Below are positions 46,330 to 54,712 of a stretch of DNA of 64,000 nt, piece by piece. Both the position numbers and the translations under genes were made by a program. This DNA comes from Escherichia phage SR02. Each line of letters opens with the position of its first letter. Position 1 is the stretch's first letter. The stretch lies in the sequence record OQ870566.1. One strand, written 5' to 3'. Below the pieces are notes generated by a model. That model saw only the letters and a list, made by a program, of their open reading frames with translations, was not told the DNA's origin and made no database searches.

Positions 46330-46986
46330 ATGAATGAACAACTACAAGCAACATTAATCGAAGCTATGGGAAGTGATCGTAGCGTAGTAAACGCAGCTCG
46401 AGTTTCCTTTGGCGTAACCCGTGAAGGTGATTTAAATGAACGTGATGAACGTCTCATCAACTTCCTCGCAAGAGAGAAGCATGTCACGCCTTTCAGGCAC
46501 CCGCAAGTCAGTTTCCGATGCAAAGCACCTATCGCAATTGCGAGACAGTTGGGCAAGCATCAGGTTGGATTCTCGTGGAACGAAATGTCCCGGCGGTATA
46601 AAGATGGAGCAGTTGAAGTCTTCATCCCTAAAGAGATTTTTGCGAGACCTTCGGACCTCCATGCAGGTTCAGGGATTCAACTCATCGACGGAGAGCGAGC
46701 TGAAGCATTAATGCTGATTAACGATGCATATGAAGCTTCTCTAGCAGCATATGACAAGTTGATTGAATTTATTGCACCAGAGCAAGCTCGATTTGTTCTT
46801 CCTCAGGGGATGATCACTGAGTGGGTATGGACTGGTTCTTTATATGGCTGGTTTGAGTTATGTCGTCAGCGACTCTCCTCTCACGCTCAATATGAAGTTC
46901 GAGTGTTTGCTAAATCTCTGGATGAAGAGATGGCTAAACTTTACCCAATCTCATGGGCAGCTCTGAAGAAAACTTTGGAGAATTAA
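46330..46986 (+). CDS. thyX: ThyX-like (flavin-dependent thymidylate synthase family) protein with variant signature
   Basis: HVTPFRHPQVSFRCKAPIAIARQLGKHQVGFSWNEMSRRY aligns to the recalled ThyX motif region, but RHR is replaced by KHQ. Confidence 0.6.
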   Translation: MNEQLQATLIEAMGSDRSVVNAARVSFGVTREGDLNERDERLINFLAREKHVTPFRHPQVSFRCKAPIAIARQLGKHQVGFSWNEMSRRYKDGAVEVFIPKEIFARPSDLHAGSGIQLIDGERAEALMLINDAYEASLAAYDKLIEFIAPEQARFVLPQGMITEWVWTGSLYGWFELCRQRLSSHAQYEVRVFAKSLDEEMAKLYPISWAALKKTLEN

Positions 46987-47174
46987 TGTTGGAAGAAGAT
47001 GACGATGTGTTCTGCACCAAGTGTGGGATGACAGTTGATGATGCATATGACCCAAGTGTAGAAATTTGCCCTTGTTGTGGAGTATGTGAATATTGCTGTT
47101 CCCATAACTCAGAGGATTAGCAGGAATTTCTGATGAAAATAAAACATATTACAGATATTCAGGAAGCATTCTAA

Positions 47175-47366
47175 ATGCCTCCTCGAAGAGAGAAGGATAA
47201 GATTAAAAAGCTTATTCAAGTTTATGGTCATACATCTAAAGATGATATAGACTATATGCCTTCTACTTTCGTAGAATGTGGGATTGCTAGCGGTTTCACA
47301 TTCGACCATAAAGTGTTTCAGCAATTCGTTGACCACTGGAGAAAAGATGGAAAAGAAGATCTGTAG
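47175..47366 (+). CDS. hypothetical protein (63 aa)
   Basis: ORF in early array. Confidence 0.35.
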   Translation: MPPRREKDKIKKLIQVYGHTSKDDIDYMPSTFVECGIASGFTFDHKVFQQFVDHWRKDGKEDL

Positions 47367-47532
47367 CTTCTGTAAGAAAGAGAAGCCTATCGCCAACTTT
47401 AAGCCCAATCCTGTGACTGGTCTGAATCATGTGATGTGTCACTCTTGTAGGATATATCTTGAAACAAAGCACACCATTAACAGGTTGCACTATTATCACC
47501 CAACAACATTCAAATTTAAGGTTGTGAAATGA
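47347..47532 (+). CDS. small zinc-ribbon protein (61 aa)
   Basis: CSFCKKE...CHSCR Cys pairs; start moved to internal ATG. Confidence 0.35.
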   Translation: MEKKICSFCKKEKPIANFKPNPVTGLNHVMCHSCRIYLETKHTINRLHYYHPTTFKFKVVK

Positions 47533-47852
47533 TTGACAGTAATACATTTAGGACTTCAAATGGAAGTGAAATAAGTCCTGCTGAAGTAATTAATCGGCAT
47601 AGAAGGCAATTGATCATCCATTCCTATTTGTATTACTGGTTGGATGACCCTATCTGGTCTGATGATAAATGGCAACAAGTTGCTAATGATTTGGTTGAGT
47701 TGCAAGCCTTATATCCAGAGCCTACCGGAGTCTTTGACAATGAGTTCAAAGATTGGGATGGTTCTACAGGAATGCACCTCCCACATAACGAAGCTGTTGC
47801 TTGTATGGCGACAGCTGTTTACAGACTTCATAAAGGGGTTAACTTCGCATGA
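47529..47852 (+). CDS. hypothetical protein resembling the N-terminal Ia domain of NAD-dependent DNA ligase
   Basis: HSYLYYWLDDPIWSDDKWQQVANDLVELQALYPEP resembles LigA Ia HEYLYH..D.P.I.D.EYD.L...L..LE...PEL; tentative. Confidence 0.4.
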   Translation: MIDSNTFRTSNGSEISPAEVINRHRRQLIIHSYLYYWLDDPIWSDDKWQQVANDLVELQALYPEPTGVFDNEFKDWDGSTGMHLPHNEAVACMATAVYRLHKGVNFA

Positions 47853-48049
47853 GCGTAGTTTATGTTCTAGAAAGATATGCTGAAGATCACAACAGTATTG
47901 TTGCCATATTTAAATATGCCCCGGATGTTGAGGATATTTTGAATGTGACTCACTTAACTGATGTTGATAAAATCAAAGACCTCATCAGGAATGACAATGC
48001 CCACATAGGTGACTCCCTGTGGTCTCTTACTGAATGGACATTGTGGTGA
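47849..48049 (+). CDS. hypothetical protein (66 aa)
   Basis: ORF in array. Confidence 0.4.
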   Translation: MSVVYVLERYAEDHNSIVAIFKYAPDVEDILNVTHLTDVDKIKDLIRNDNAHIGDSLWSLTEWTLW

Positions 48050-48231
48050 AGTGCTCTAAATGTGAAGGAACAAACCTTCATTTAAGTAACAAGGTTATCA
48101 GAGAGCTTGCCAAAGGCTCTCCAACCAAAGGGAAGAACAAACGATTTACTAATGTCAGGGTTTATACAGCAATCTGTAAAGACTGCTTAACTACTGAGTG
48201 TCATTACGAAGAAATTGGAGAGCGTAAATGA
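48034..48231 (+). CDS. small zinc-ribbon protein (65 aa)
   Basis: CSKCEG...CKDCLTTEC. Confidence 0.4.
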   Translation: MDIVVKCSKCEGTNLHLSNKVIRELAKGSPTKGKNKRFTNVRVYTAICKDCLTTECHYEEIGERK

Positions 48232-48965
48232 GTCGTCGTCAATCACGGAAAGAATCACGGAAAGATCTTCGTCGGGAAGCACTTGTTACTCGTAAGGGTA
48301 AGCGAGAGTATGAAGAGGTGGTTTTAGCAAAGCCTGTAGTCCCTCAGAACCAGTTTCAGTCTGAGCTACTCAATGCTATTAAGACTAAACAAGTTGTGTT
48401 CACAGACGCTCCTGCGGGCTGTGGTAAGACCTTTGTAATCACTTCCACAGTTATTGATGCACTGAAGAGTGGTAAGATTCAGAAGATCATTCTGAGTCGC
48501 CCTTCGGTAGGCATGGGTAATTCTCTTGGGTTACTTCCGGGAGGAATGCGTGAGAAGTTTGAACCATACCTGATGCCTATCATTGATGTTATTACTCAGC
48601 GATACGGTAAGGGATTCTATGAATGCCAAATCGGAAATGGTAACATTGAGTTTGTACCTCTGGAATATCTCCGTGGTCGTTCTTTCAATGATGCTATTGT
48701 TATTGTTGATGAGTTCCAGAACACAACTAAAGATGAAGCCTTCTCCATCATGACTCGATTGGGAGAAACCTCTCAGCTGTTCTGTATGGGTGATACAAAC
48801 CAGCATGATATGCGTGGTCGTGAGAGTGGTCTTACTTGGGCTACTAACTTTATTGATGAACACGATCTGTATGAGTTCGCTGAGATTGTAGATGGTGAAT
48901 CAGATGATATTGTTCGTTCTGGTTTCTGTAAGGCGATTGTTAAAGCAATGGAAAAGAAAGCTTAA
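48228..48965 (+). CDS. phoH: PhoH-like ATPase
   Basis: Walker A DAPAGCGKTF; IVIVDEFQN Walker B-like; 245 aa. Confidence 0.75.
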   Translation: MSRRQSRKESRKDLRREALVTRKGKREYEEVVLAKPVVPQNQFQSELLNAIKTKQVVFTDAPAGCGKTFVITSTVIDALKSGKIQKIILSRPSVGMGNSLGLLPGGMREKFEPYLMPIIDVITQRYGKGFYECQIGNGNIEFVPLEYLRGRSFNDAIVIVDEFQNTTKDEAFSIMTRLGETSQLFCMGDTNQHDMRGRESGLTWATNFIDEHDLYEFAEIVDGESDDIVRSGFCKAIVKAMEKKA

Positions 48966-48976
48966 ACAGTAACTTA

Positions 48977-48985
48977 TAATGTATA
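48977..48985 (+). promoter_or_regulatory. candidate phage-sigma promoter element TAATGTATA
   Basis: Exact 9-mer 37 nt upstream of the strongly RBS-equipped ORF at 49022. Confidence 0.4.
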
Positions 48986-49021
48986 CTCCTTAGTGTACAC
49001 TGATATATTAAGGAGTTTTAA

Positions 49022-49339
49022 ATGGCAGACCATGTAGGAAAGAGAGATTATGCACAAGAAAGACGTACCGCAATTGCCCGTGGTGAAACAGGCGTTGGGA
49101 GCAAGAGCGGAGATGCTCAGCGCCACCGTGCACGTCGCATCGTTGAAAAGCGCGATGGAAAAGCTGCTGTCAGAGGTAAAGATGTTGGACACAAACGAGC
49201 TGTCAAGTCTGGAGGCTCTAATGCGTCAAGCAACTTACGTGTTGAATCAGTCAGCTCAAACCGTTCAAACGGCGGCAAAAGTGGTGATCGAGCTGGAAAA
49301 GCAAACGGAGCTAGGAAGGGGGCGTTGAGTGGTTCTTGA
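49022..49339 (+). CDS. basic Gly/Ser/Arg-rich protein (105 aa)
   Basis: AAGGAG RBS 7 nt upstream; preferred over the overlapping 49050 ORF. Confidence 0.5.
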   Translation: MADHVGKRDYAQERRTAIARGETGVGSKSGDAQRHRARRIVEKRDGKAAVRGKDVGHKRAVKSGGSNASSNLRVESVSSNRSNGGKSGDRAGKANGARKGALSGS

Positions 49340-49679
49340 TGACACCCTATCTTATGATGCGGTCACAGGTAACCTATACTACACAAAATCTCCAAGCAAA
49401 GGAGTGATGTGGAACAAAAGCCATCCCGGAAAGATAGCTGGATGTAGGATATCGAAAGGCTATATCGGTGTGTATTTCCAAGGAAGACAATGGAGAGCGC
49501 ACCGGCTTATAGCTACACACTTTATACCAAACCCTAACAATTATCCAGAAGTCAACCACATAAATGGGGTAAAAGACGATAATCGACTGGAGAATCTTGA
49601 ATGGGTATCCGCTTCTGAAAACATACAACACTCCTTTGATACAGGGTTGAATAAAGGACATATTCGTGACAATAACTGA
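49329..49679 (+). CDS. HNH homing endonuclease
   Basis: KGYIGVYFQGRQWRAHRLIATHFIPNPNNYPEVNHINGVKDDNRLENLEWVSASEN HNH_3-type core. Confidence 0.8.
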   Translation: MVLDDTLSYDAVTGNLYYTKSPSKGVMWNKSHPGKIAGCRISKGYIGVYFQGRQWRAHRLIATHFIPNPNNYPEVNHINGVKDDNRLENLEWVSASENIQHSFDTGLNKGHIRDNN

Positions 49680-49820
49680 ATGACCAAGCTATCTTCTGAG
49701 GATGTTGTAAAGATTAAACAGATGTATGTGAAGGGTTCTAGGGATTTTGGCTCTAGAGGTCTTGGTAAGTTGTTTGGCGTGAGTCATACAGCAATACTTC
49801 ATGCTTTAAAGGAGCTTTAA
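49680..49820 (+). CDS. small HTH protein (46 aa), possibly a detached DNA-binding module of the upstream HNH endonuclease
   Basis: ATG overlaps the HNH stop (TGAATG); GSRGLGKLFGVSHTAILHALK helix-turn-helix. Confidence 0.35.
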   Translation: MTKLSSEDVVKIKQMYVKGSRDFGSRGLGKLFGVSHTAILHALKEL

Positions 49821-49838
49821 GCTCATAAAGAGGTTATA

Positions 49839-50132
49839 GTGTCAGCAGAAACAAAAAGATGTACAATTCATACTTATTGTAAATTCTGTAAAGCAGAGGG
49901 TGTAAAAAGAGTTGCAACTTTAATGACCAAGTATTCTCCAAGTAGAGGATACAGGGACCACTATAAGCACTACTCTTGTAGTGATCACTCCCATCTATTA
50001 GAAGATACAGACCCGAATAGAACAAGGAGAGAGCATAACATTGACCTGAGAGCTACTCTCAAGGAAATGAAAAACAACTCTCGAAACAACCATTACACTG
50101 AAGCTGACTATCAAACTTGGCTTCGTCTCTAG
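49839..50132 (+). CDS. hypothetical Cys/His-rich protein (97 aa)
   Basis: ORF followed by terminator. Confidence 0.45.
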   Translation: MSAETKRCTIHTYCKFCKAEGVKRVATLMTKYSPSRGYRDHYKHYSCSDHSHLLEDTDPNRTRREHNIDLRATLKEMKNNSRNNHYTEADYQTWLRL

Positions 50133-50137
50133 AACAA

Positions 50138-50169
50138 AGGCTGCCTAATCAGGTGGCCTTTTCTTTTAT
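50138..50169 (+). terminator. rho-independent terminator
   Basis: Hairpin AGGCUGCC-UAAUCA-GGUGGCCU followed by UUUUCUUUU. Confidence 0.6.
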
Positions 50170-50201
50170 ATAAACCAAATTAAACTTCTTAGGTAATAAA
50201 T

Positions 50202-50456
50202 ATGTCTATTGTAAAAATCGTAAATATCATTGATGTAACTCGTACCGGTAAAACTATCAGTTGGAAATTCACCAATAAGCATAGAGGTTCAGAGAACATC
50301 ATTCGTTATATGATTCAACAAAACCCAAATACAGCTCGCACTAACGTACTCCTTCGCGGAGCTGATGGAAAATTTATCTCTTATAAGAATAAGAACGTAG
50401 AAAAATCTTTCCGTGTTGCAGTAGAAAACCTCATCCCATTCCCTAAAGGAGTTTAA
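50202..50456 (+). CDS. hypothetical protein (84 aa), paralog of 50458
   Basis: Shares ...TARTNVLLRGADGKFISYKN...PFPKG with the next ORF. Confidence 0.5.
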   Translation: MSIVKIVNIIDVTRTGKTISWKFTNKHRGSENIIRYMIQQNPNTARTNVLLRGADGKFISYKNKNVEKSFRVAVENLIPFPKGV

Positions 50457-50457
50457 T

Positions 50458-50742
50458 ATGAATAAGTTAGCTATGGTTCAGATTCGAGACACATACCCCA
50501 ATCGCCCAGAGCAGAAACCACGTACTTGGTCTTATCTATTGGCTGAGAGTAAGACTATTGATAGTTTCTCTGTAGAGATTGACACTATCCCAAAAAGCAT
50601 CACGCTGCTTCCACATAAAACAGCAAGAACTCATGTGATGTTACGAGATAGCAAAGGTAAATTTATCTCTTATCGAGATGCTCGAATCAACAGTGAAATT
50701 AAAGCTGCTATGGAATCTTTAATGCCATTCCCAAAAGGTTAA
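50458..50742 (+). CDS. hypothetical protein (94 aa), paralog of 50202
   Basis: Tandem duplicate (KTARTHVMLRDSKGKFISYRD...PFPKG). Confidence 0.5.
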   Translation: MNKLAMVQIRDTYPNRPEQKPRTWSYLLAESKTIDSFSVEIDTIPKSITLLPHKTARTHVMLRDSKGKFISYRDARINSEIKAAMESLMPFPKG

Positions 50743-50745
50743 ACA

Positions 50746-50904
50746 ATGAAAGAGTATATTTACGTTGGTCAGCGCTGGTATGGTGATGAATGGGAAGGTG
50801 GATACTGCGTTGTGAAAGCTTTTAAGTCTGAAGAAGATGCCAAGGCATGGGTCTTAAAAGATGACGTTGGCGAGAGAACTTACATTGAAGTGGAGGTGGA
50901 ATAG
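50746..50904 (+). CDS. small protein (52 aa)
   Basis: ATG with RBS; no motif. Confidence 0.3.
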   Translation: MKEYIYVGQRWYGDEWEGGYCVVKAFKSEEDAKAWVLKDDVGERTYIEVEVE

Positions 50905-50905
50905 G

Positions 50906-51310
50906 ATGCCATTACCAGCTAGACACCAAAACCGTTTCCTAGTTCTCAAGTGGGATGATATTGAAATGAATCTCACTGAACATGAACTGGACTTGTTCCA
51001 TGAACTTTTATCAGAAATTCGATCTGGTATCCCTGAACGTCAGTATGTAGTTATCAGTGATAAACACCCTCAAGAGTTTGAAGAAGCTTGGGGCATGAAG
51101 CTGGCCTACATTCAGAGAGCTATTAGAGAAAGAGAGGAAGTTGCCCATCAGAGGGTCATGGCCCATCTGATCAGAGAGCAGCCTCTTGAAGTTAGGTCTT
51201 CACCCACACCAACTCCGTGGAGAGTTGAAGGTAACACTATCCGAGTATCTCCTAGTGACCTAGATGCAATAACTGACAACCAAGCATTCACAGATTTACT
51301 TTACCAATAA
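50906..51310 (+). CDS. hypothetical protein (134 aa)
   Basis: GGAGGTGG RBS. Confidence 0.5.
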   Translation: MPLPARHQNRFLVLKWDDIEMNLTEHELDLFHELLSEIRSGIPERQYVVISDKHPQEFEEAWGMKLAYIQRAIREREEVAHQRVMAHLIREQPLEVRSSPTPTPWRVEGNTIRVSPSDLDAITDNQAFTDLLYQ

Positions 51311-51326
51311 TTTAAAGGAGTATAAA

Positions 51327-53171
51327 GTGAGCAACCCGGACGCTCTCCCATTTTTGACAGAGATGACTGTCGCTGATATAATCTCTAAGCAAGCAAAGCA
51401 CGGAGTGAGTTTCAACCGAAGAAATGCTCGGTGGTATGTTCACCTCCTTAAAGAGATTATTGTTAATATTGACAGAGAGTTGATTCCTCTCTTACCTAAG
51501 ATGAGATTAGATGGCTCTACTTATATGAAGCCATTTAAGAAGTCTGGAGCTTTACAGAAGTGGCCCCAAGCCTATTGCGATAGGGTTGGCCTTAAGAGAG
51601 AAGACATTGGTGGAGCATTCACCTGTGTCGAATACGTAGACTTTGACCCATCGAAAGATGCACGAGTTAAAGAAGCCCTTATGGACGAGGGTTTTCTTCC
51701 TCCAGAGTTTAATGTATCAAAGAAACCTTGGAATACTTTTGAAATCAAGAAAGATATGAAAAAGTATGGAACATACCAAGCGTGGTATTCAGCTTGGATG
51801 CGAGGTAATGCTAAGCAGAAGCAGACAGCCGAGATGGTTGACGCTGATATTAGGAAGTTCTTAGAAAAGCATTTTAGGTTTAAAACTAAGAACTACATGA
51901 AGGCTTATGTATTTGGTTTAGGTTTAAACCCTAACCGACGTAGACCTATCACTTTTGATGAGATTAAGATAGCACTAGCTACCTCAAACAAGTGGCCTAC
52001 AGCTCCTACAAACCTCGAAGAGACTCTTGAAGAAGGGTTAGGGGGTGAGCTAGGGAGTGTCGGAAGTTTGCTTAAGAGACGCGTTGTAGCGGCTCACAGG
52101 TTAGGTCTTATTAGTGGACTCATAGCAAAGGAGCGCGAAGATGGTAAACTTTCGGCAGAAGCTAACAGCTGTGCTACGCCGACTTTTCGATTCAAACATC
52201 GTATCGTGGTTAATATTCCCTCCCGTGGTTTGTTTGGTCACGAGTGTCGCAGTTTGTTTGAATCTGACTATAACTCAGATGATGATCACTCTCGTCCTTT
52301 CGTTATTACTAACGTTGTTCCTGATGGTTGTTATATACGAAAAGGTACTAACGTAATTTATGAGAAAGGTAAGCCGGGGAAGAAAGACAAACCTGTAGGT
52401 GCTTACAAATATTACATACCCGCTGGTAAAGAAGTATTCTTAGGGTATGATGGTTCTGGATTAGAATTGCGTATGCTCGCACACTACCTCATTAAAGAGT
52501 GTAGGGACATGCTTGCTGAAGCAATAGAAGAGAATAACCCAGCTAAGAAAGCTCTGGCAGAACGTGGTTTAGCTTCTGCTATTATGTATCGTGATATTCT
52601 CCTTGAAGGTGATATCCACTCCCACAACCAGAAACTTGCTGGTCTTCCTACTCGCGACAACGCTAAGACGTTTATCTACGCATTCAACTATGGTGCTGGT
52701 GATGCTAAGCTTGGTTCAATTGTAGGTGGTGGGGCTGACGAAGGTTCAGTGATGCGAGCACGTTTCTTGGCAGAGAACCCATGTATTGCAATCCTCATTG
52801 ATCGTATGACAGAGAAAGCTGCTCAAGGATACTTGATTGGTGTTGATGGTCGTAAGATTACAATGAGACGGGATGCCACTGGTAAGGTTATGGTTCATAA
52901 AGCACTTAACACTCTCCTGCAATGTGCTGGTGCTGTTGTTATGAAATATGCTATGATGTTCCTTAACAAGTGGATTGAGAAAGATAAGGTTCGTTGTGCT
53001 AAGGTAATTGATATGCATGATGAAGGTCAATTCTCAGTGAACCGTAATGATGTACAGAAGCTAAAAGAGCACACCGAGCTTTGTGTTAAGAAGGCTGGTG
53101 AGTACTTGAAGATGGAATGCCCTCTGGCTTCTGATTGTCAGATTGGACTTAACTGGATGCACACACACTAA
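51327..53171 (+). CDS. DNA polymerase, family A polymerase domain (T7 gp5-like), lacking its own exonuclease domain
   Basis: Motif A YDGSGLELRMLAHY, motif B RDNAKTFIYAFNYGAGDAKLG, motif C IDMHDEGQF; close match to recalled T7 DNAP palm and fingers. Confidence 0.9.
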   Translation: MSNPDALPFLTEMTVADIISKQAKHGVSFNRRNARWYVHLLKEIIVNIDRELIPLLPKMRLDGSTYMKPFKKSGALQKWPQAYCDRVGLKREDIGGAFTCVEYVDFDPSKDARVKEALMDEGFLPPEFNVSKKPWNTFEIKKDMKKYGTYQAWYSAWMRGNAKQKQTAEMVDADIRKFLEKHFRFKTKNYMKAYVFGLGLNPNRRRPITFDEIKIALATSNKWPTAPTNLEETLEEGLGGELGSVGSLLKRRVVAAHRLGLISGLIAKEREDGKLSAEANSCATPTFRFKHRIVVNIPSRGLFGHECRSLFESDYNSDDDHSRPFVITNVVPDGCYIRKGTNVIYEKGKPGKKDKPVGAYKYYIPAGKEVFLGYDGSGLELRMLAHYLIKECRDMLAEAIEENNPAKKALAERGLASAIMYRDILLEGDIHSHNQKLAGLPTRDNAKTFIYAFNYGAGDAKLGSIVGGGADEGSVMRARFLAENPCIAILIDRMTEKAAQGYLIGVDGRKITMRRDATGKVMVHKALNTLLQCAGAVVMKYAMMFLNKWIEKDKVRCAKVIDMHDEGQFSVNRNDVQKLKEHTELCVKKAGEYLKMECPLASDCQIGLNWMHTH

Positions 53172-53176
53172 GGTGA

Positions 53177-53545
53177 GTGATGAAAGAAACTAATATAATC
53201 TATAGAACACTTAGGTGTTTATTCAAGGAGAGAGGGATGGAAGATTTCCTCCTCCAGTATTATCATATAACTCAAACAGAAGAGTGTCCTCCTTGGCTTA
53301 ACGAAGATCACGGACTATGCTTCAACTTCCGCTGTTATAAGAAGTATTATTATTTCACAAAACATCTAGACGTGGATGACATGAAGAATATGTTTAACCA
53401 AGATAAATTCTCGGACCATACATACCCTTTTGGCTGTGACCAATATTTCAGAGATAGGGATAACAGATCACACCACAAGAACCAAAAACGAATTACTTGG
53501 ATTAAAGATACACTGAAAACTTTATATAATATTGAGGTTGAGTGA
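53177..53545 (+). CDS. hypothetical protein (122 aa)
   Basis: ORF in array. Confidence 0.45.
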   Translation: MMKETNIIYRTLRCLFKERGMEDFLLQYYHITQTEECPPWLNEDHGLCFNFRCYKKYYYFTKHLDVDDMKNMFNQDKFSDHTYPFGCDQYFRDRDNRSHHKNQKRITWIKDTLKTLYNIEVE

Positions 53546-53736
53546 TGAGTGTTTGTGGTTATTATGAATCTTGGGCCGTCTTCAGCGGTGGCTCTACTCT
53601 CGTATCATTAAATGGTCAACTGTGTATCTTTGAGACAGAGAACTTAGCAATAACCAAAGCAGCAGAGCTAGTTCGAAAGTTTCCAAACAAGACATTCACA
53701 GTTAAAAGGATAGAAGTACCTGCATTGGTAGAGTGA
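53542..53736 (+). CDS. hypothetical protein (64 aa)
   Basis: Overlap-coupled ORF. Confidence 0.4.
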   Translation: MMSVCGYYESWAVFSGGSTLVSLNGQLCIFETENLAITKAAELVRKFPNKTFTVKRIEVPALVE

Positions 53737-53919
53737 ATAAATAAGACGAATGAACTATTCTTATTGATTGGTTCGTAACAAGGAGATAGAAGTGGAAGAG
53801 ATGCCATCGGATTGGTGTTATCGTCAAAGCGCCATCTGTAATGAACAAGGACGTCCTGATGAAGCTGAGTTTTATTTAGAACTTGCTGAACTATGGAAAG
53901 AGCGAGAGGAGAAAGAGTG

Positions 53920-54087
53920 ATGGAAGGTATTTACCGTAAGCCACCTCCAAAGTACAACATCCTTTATACTGATGCAACAGGTGAGTTTAGAAGTGTGTTA
54001 GTTTACACGGATGAAGAACGAAACCAAATGGTTGCTGCTATTGAAGCCAGTGGCGGTACAATCATGCGAATTTATAACATAACATAA
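53920..54087 (+). CDS. hypothetical protein (55 aa)
   Basis: ATG with GAGAGGAG RBS. Confidence 0.3.
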   Translation: MEGIYRKPPPKYNILYTDATGEFRSVLVYTDEERNQMVAAIEASGGTIMRIYNIT

Positions 54088-54096
54088 GGAATACTA

Positions 54097-54273
54097 ATGA
54101 CTGCTTCTGAATTAAAAGAAACCCTGTCCACTGAAGAAGGTAAAGCTTTCTTCTTATCTCAAGTACACTCTATGGGTAAAGATGCCCTTCGCCAAGCAGT
54201 CGTTGAGCTTACTGGCGTAGTGATTGACTTGAGTATCGAAAATGAAGCACTTGAAGCTAAAGTGAATAGTTAA
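54097..54273 (+). CDS. hypothetical protein (58 aa)
   Basis: AAGGAA RBS; followed by hairpin and T-run. Confidence 0.35.
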   Translation: MTASELKETLSTEEGKAFFLSQVHSMGKDALRQAVVELTGVVIDLSIENEALEAKVNS

Positions 54274-54278
54274 ATAAG

Positions 54279-54304
54279 AAGCTGCCTTAGGGCGGCTTTT
54301 CTTG
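54279..54304 (+). terminator. putative rho-independent terminator
   Basis: Hairpin GCUGCC-UUAG-GGCGGC followed by UUUUCUUGUC. Confidence 0.4.
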
Positions 54305-54319
54305 TCTAAAGGACTTGAC

Positions 54320-54712
54320 ATGAATATTGGTTTAGATTATGATGACACTTACACAGCAGATAGACGTCTGTGGAGAGATGTGATAGGCTTGATGAAAGAA
54401 TATGGACATGATGTAAGATTCGTGACTTTCCGTTTCTCAGAGCCTAATGGTTATGATAACGTAGATATCCTCTACGACGCAGAGACCCTGCAAATCCCTG
54501 TCATCTTTTGCAATGGTGTGCAGAAGGATGAGGTCTGTCGACAGTTAGGTTTCTTTGTAGATATCTGGATTGACGACTTCCCTGTTGGAATCCCCAAAAA
54601 GGACCACCTAGATGGGATGCTGAAGGGCGTAAGACTTAATGACCTTAGGGCAGCACCTCCTGTAGAAATAGCCGCTCCTGTGTACTCTGAAGAGCCTTTG
54701 GTGATTCGATGA
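54320..54712 (+). CDS. hypothetical protein (130 aa) with DxDxT-like motif
   Basis: IGLDYDDTYT near N-terminus resembles HAD motif I; tentative. Confidence 0.45.
   Translation: MNIGLDYDDTYTADRRLWRDVIGLMKEYGHDVRFVTFRFSEPNGYDNVDILYDAETLQIPVIFCNGVQKDEVCRQLGFFVDIWIDDFPVGIPKKDHLDGMLKGVRLNDLRAAPPVEIAAPVYSEEPLVIR

Noticed and set aside
49050-49328. 92-aa ORF overlapping 49022-49339 in another frame
   Set aside because: The 49022 frame has an AAGGAG RBS at ideal spacing; the overlapping frame has none.
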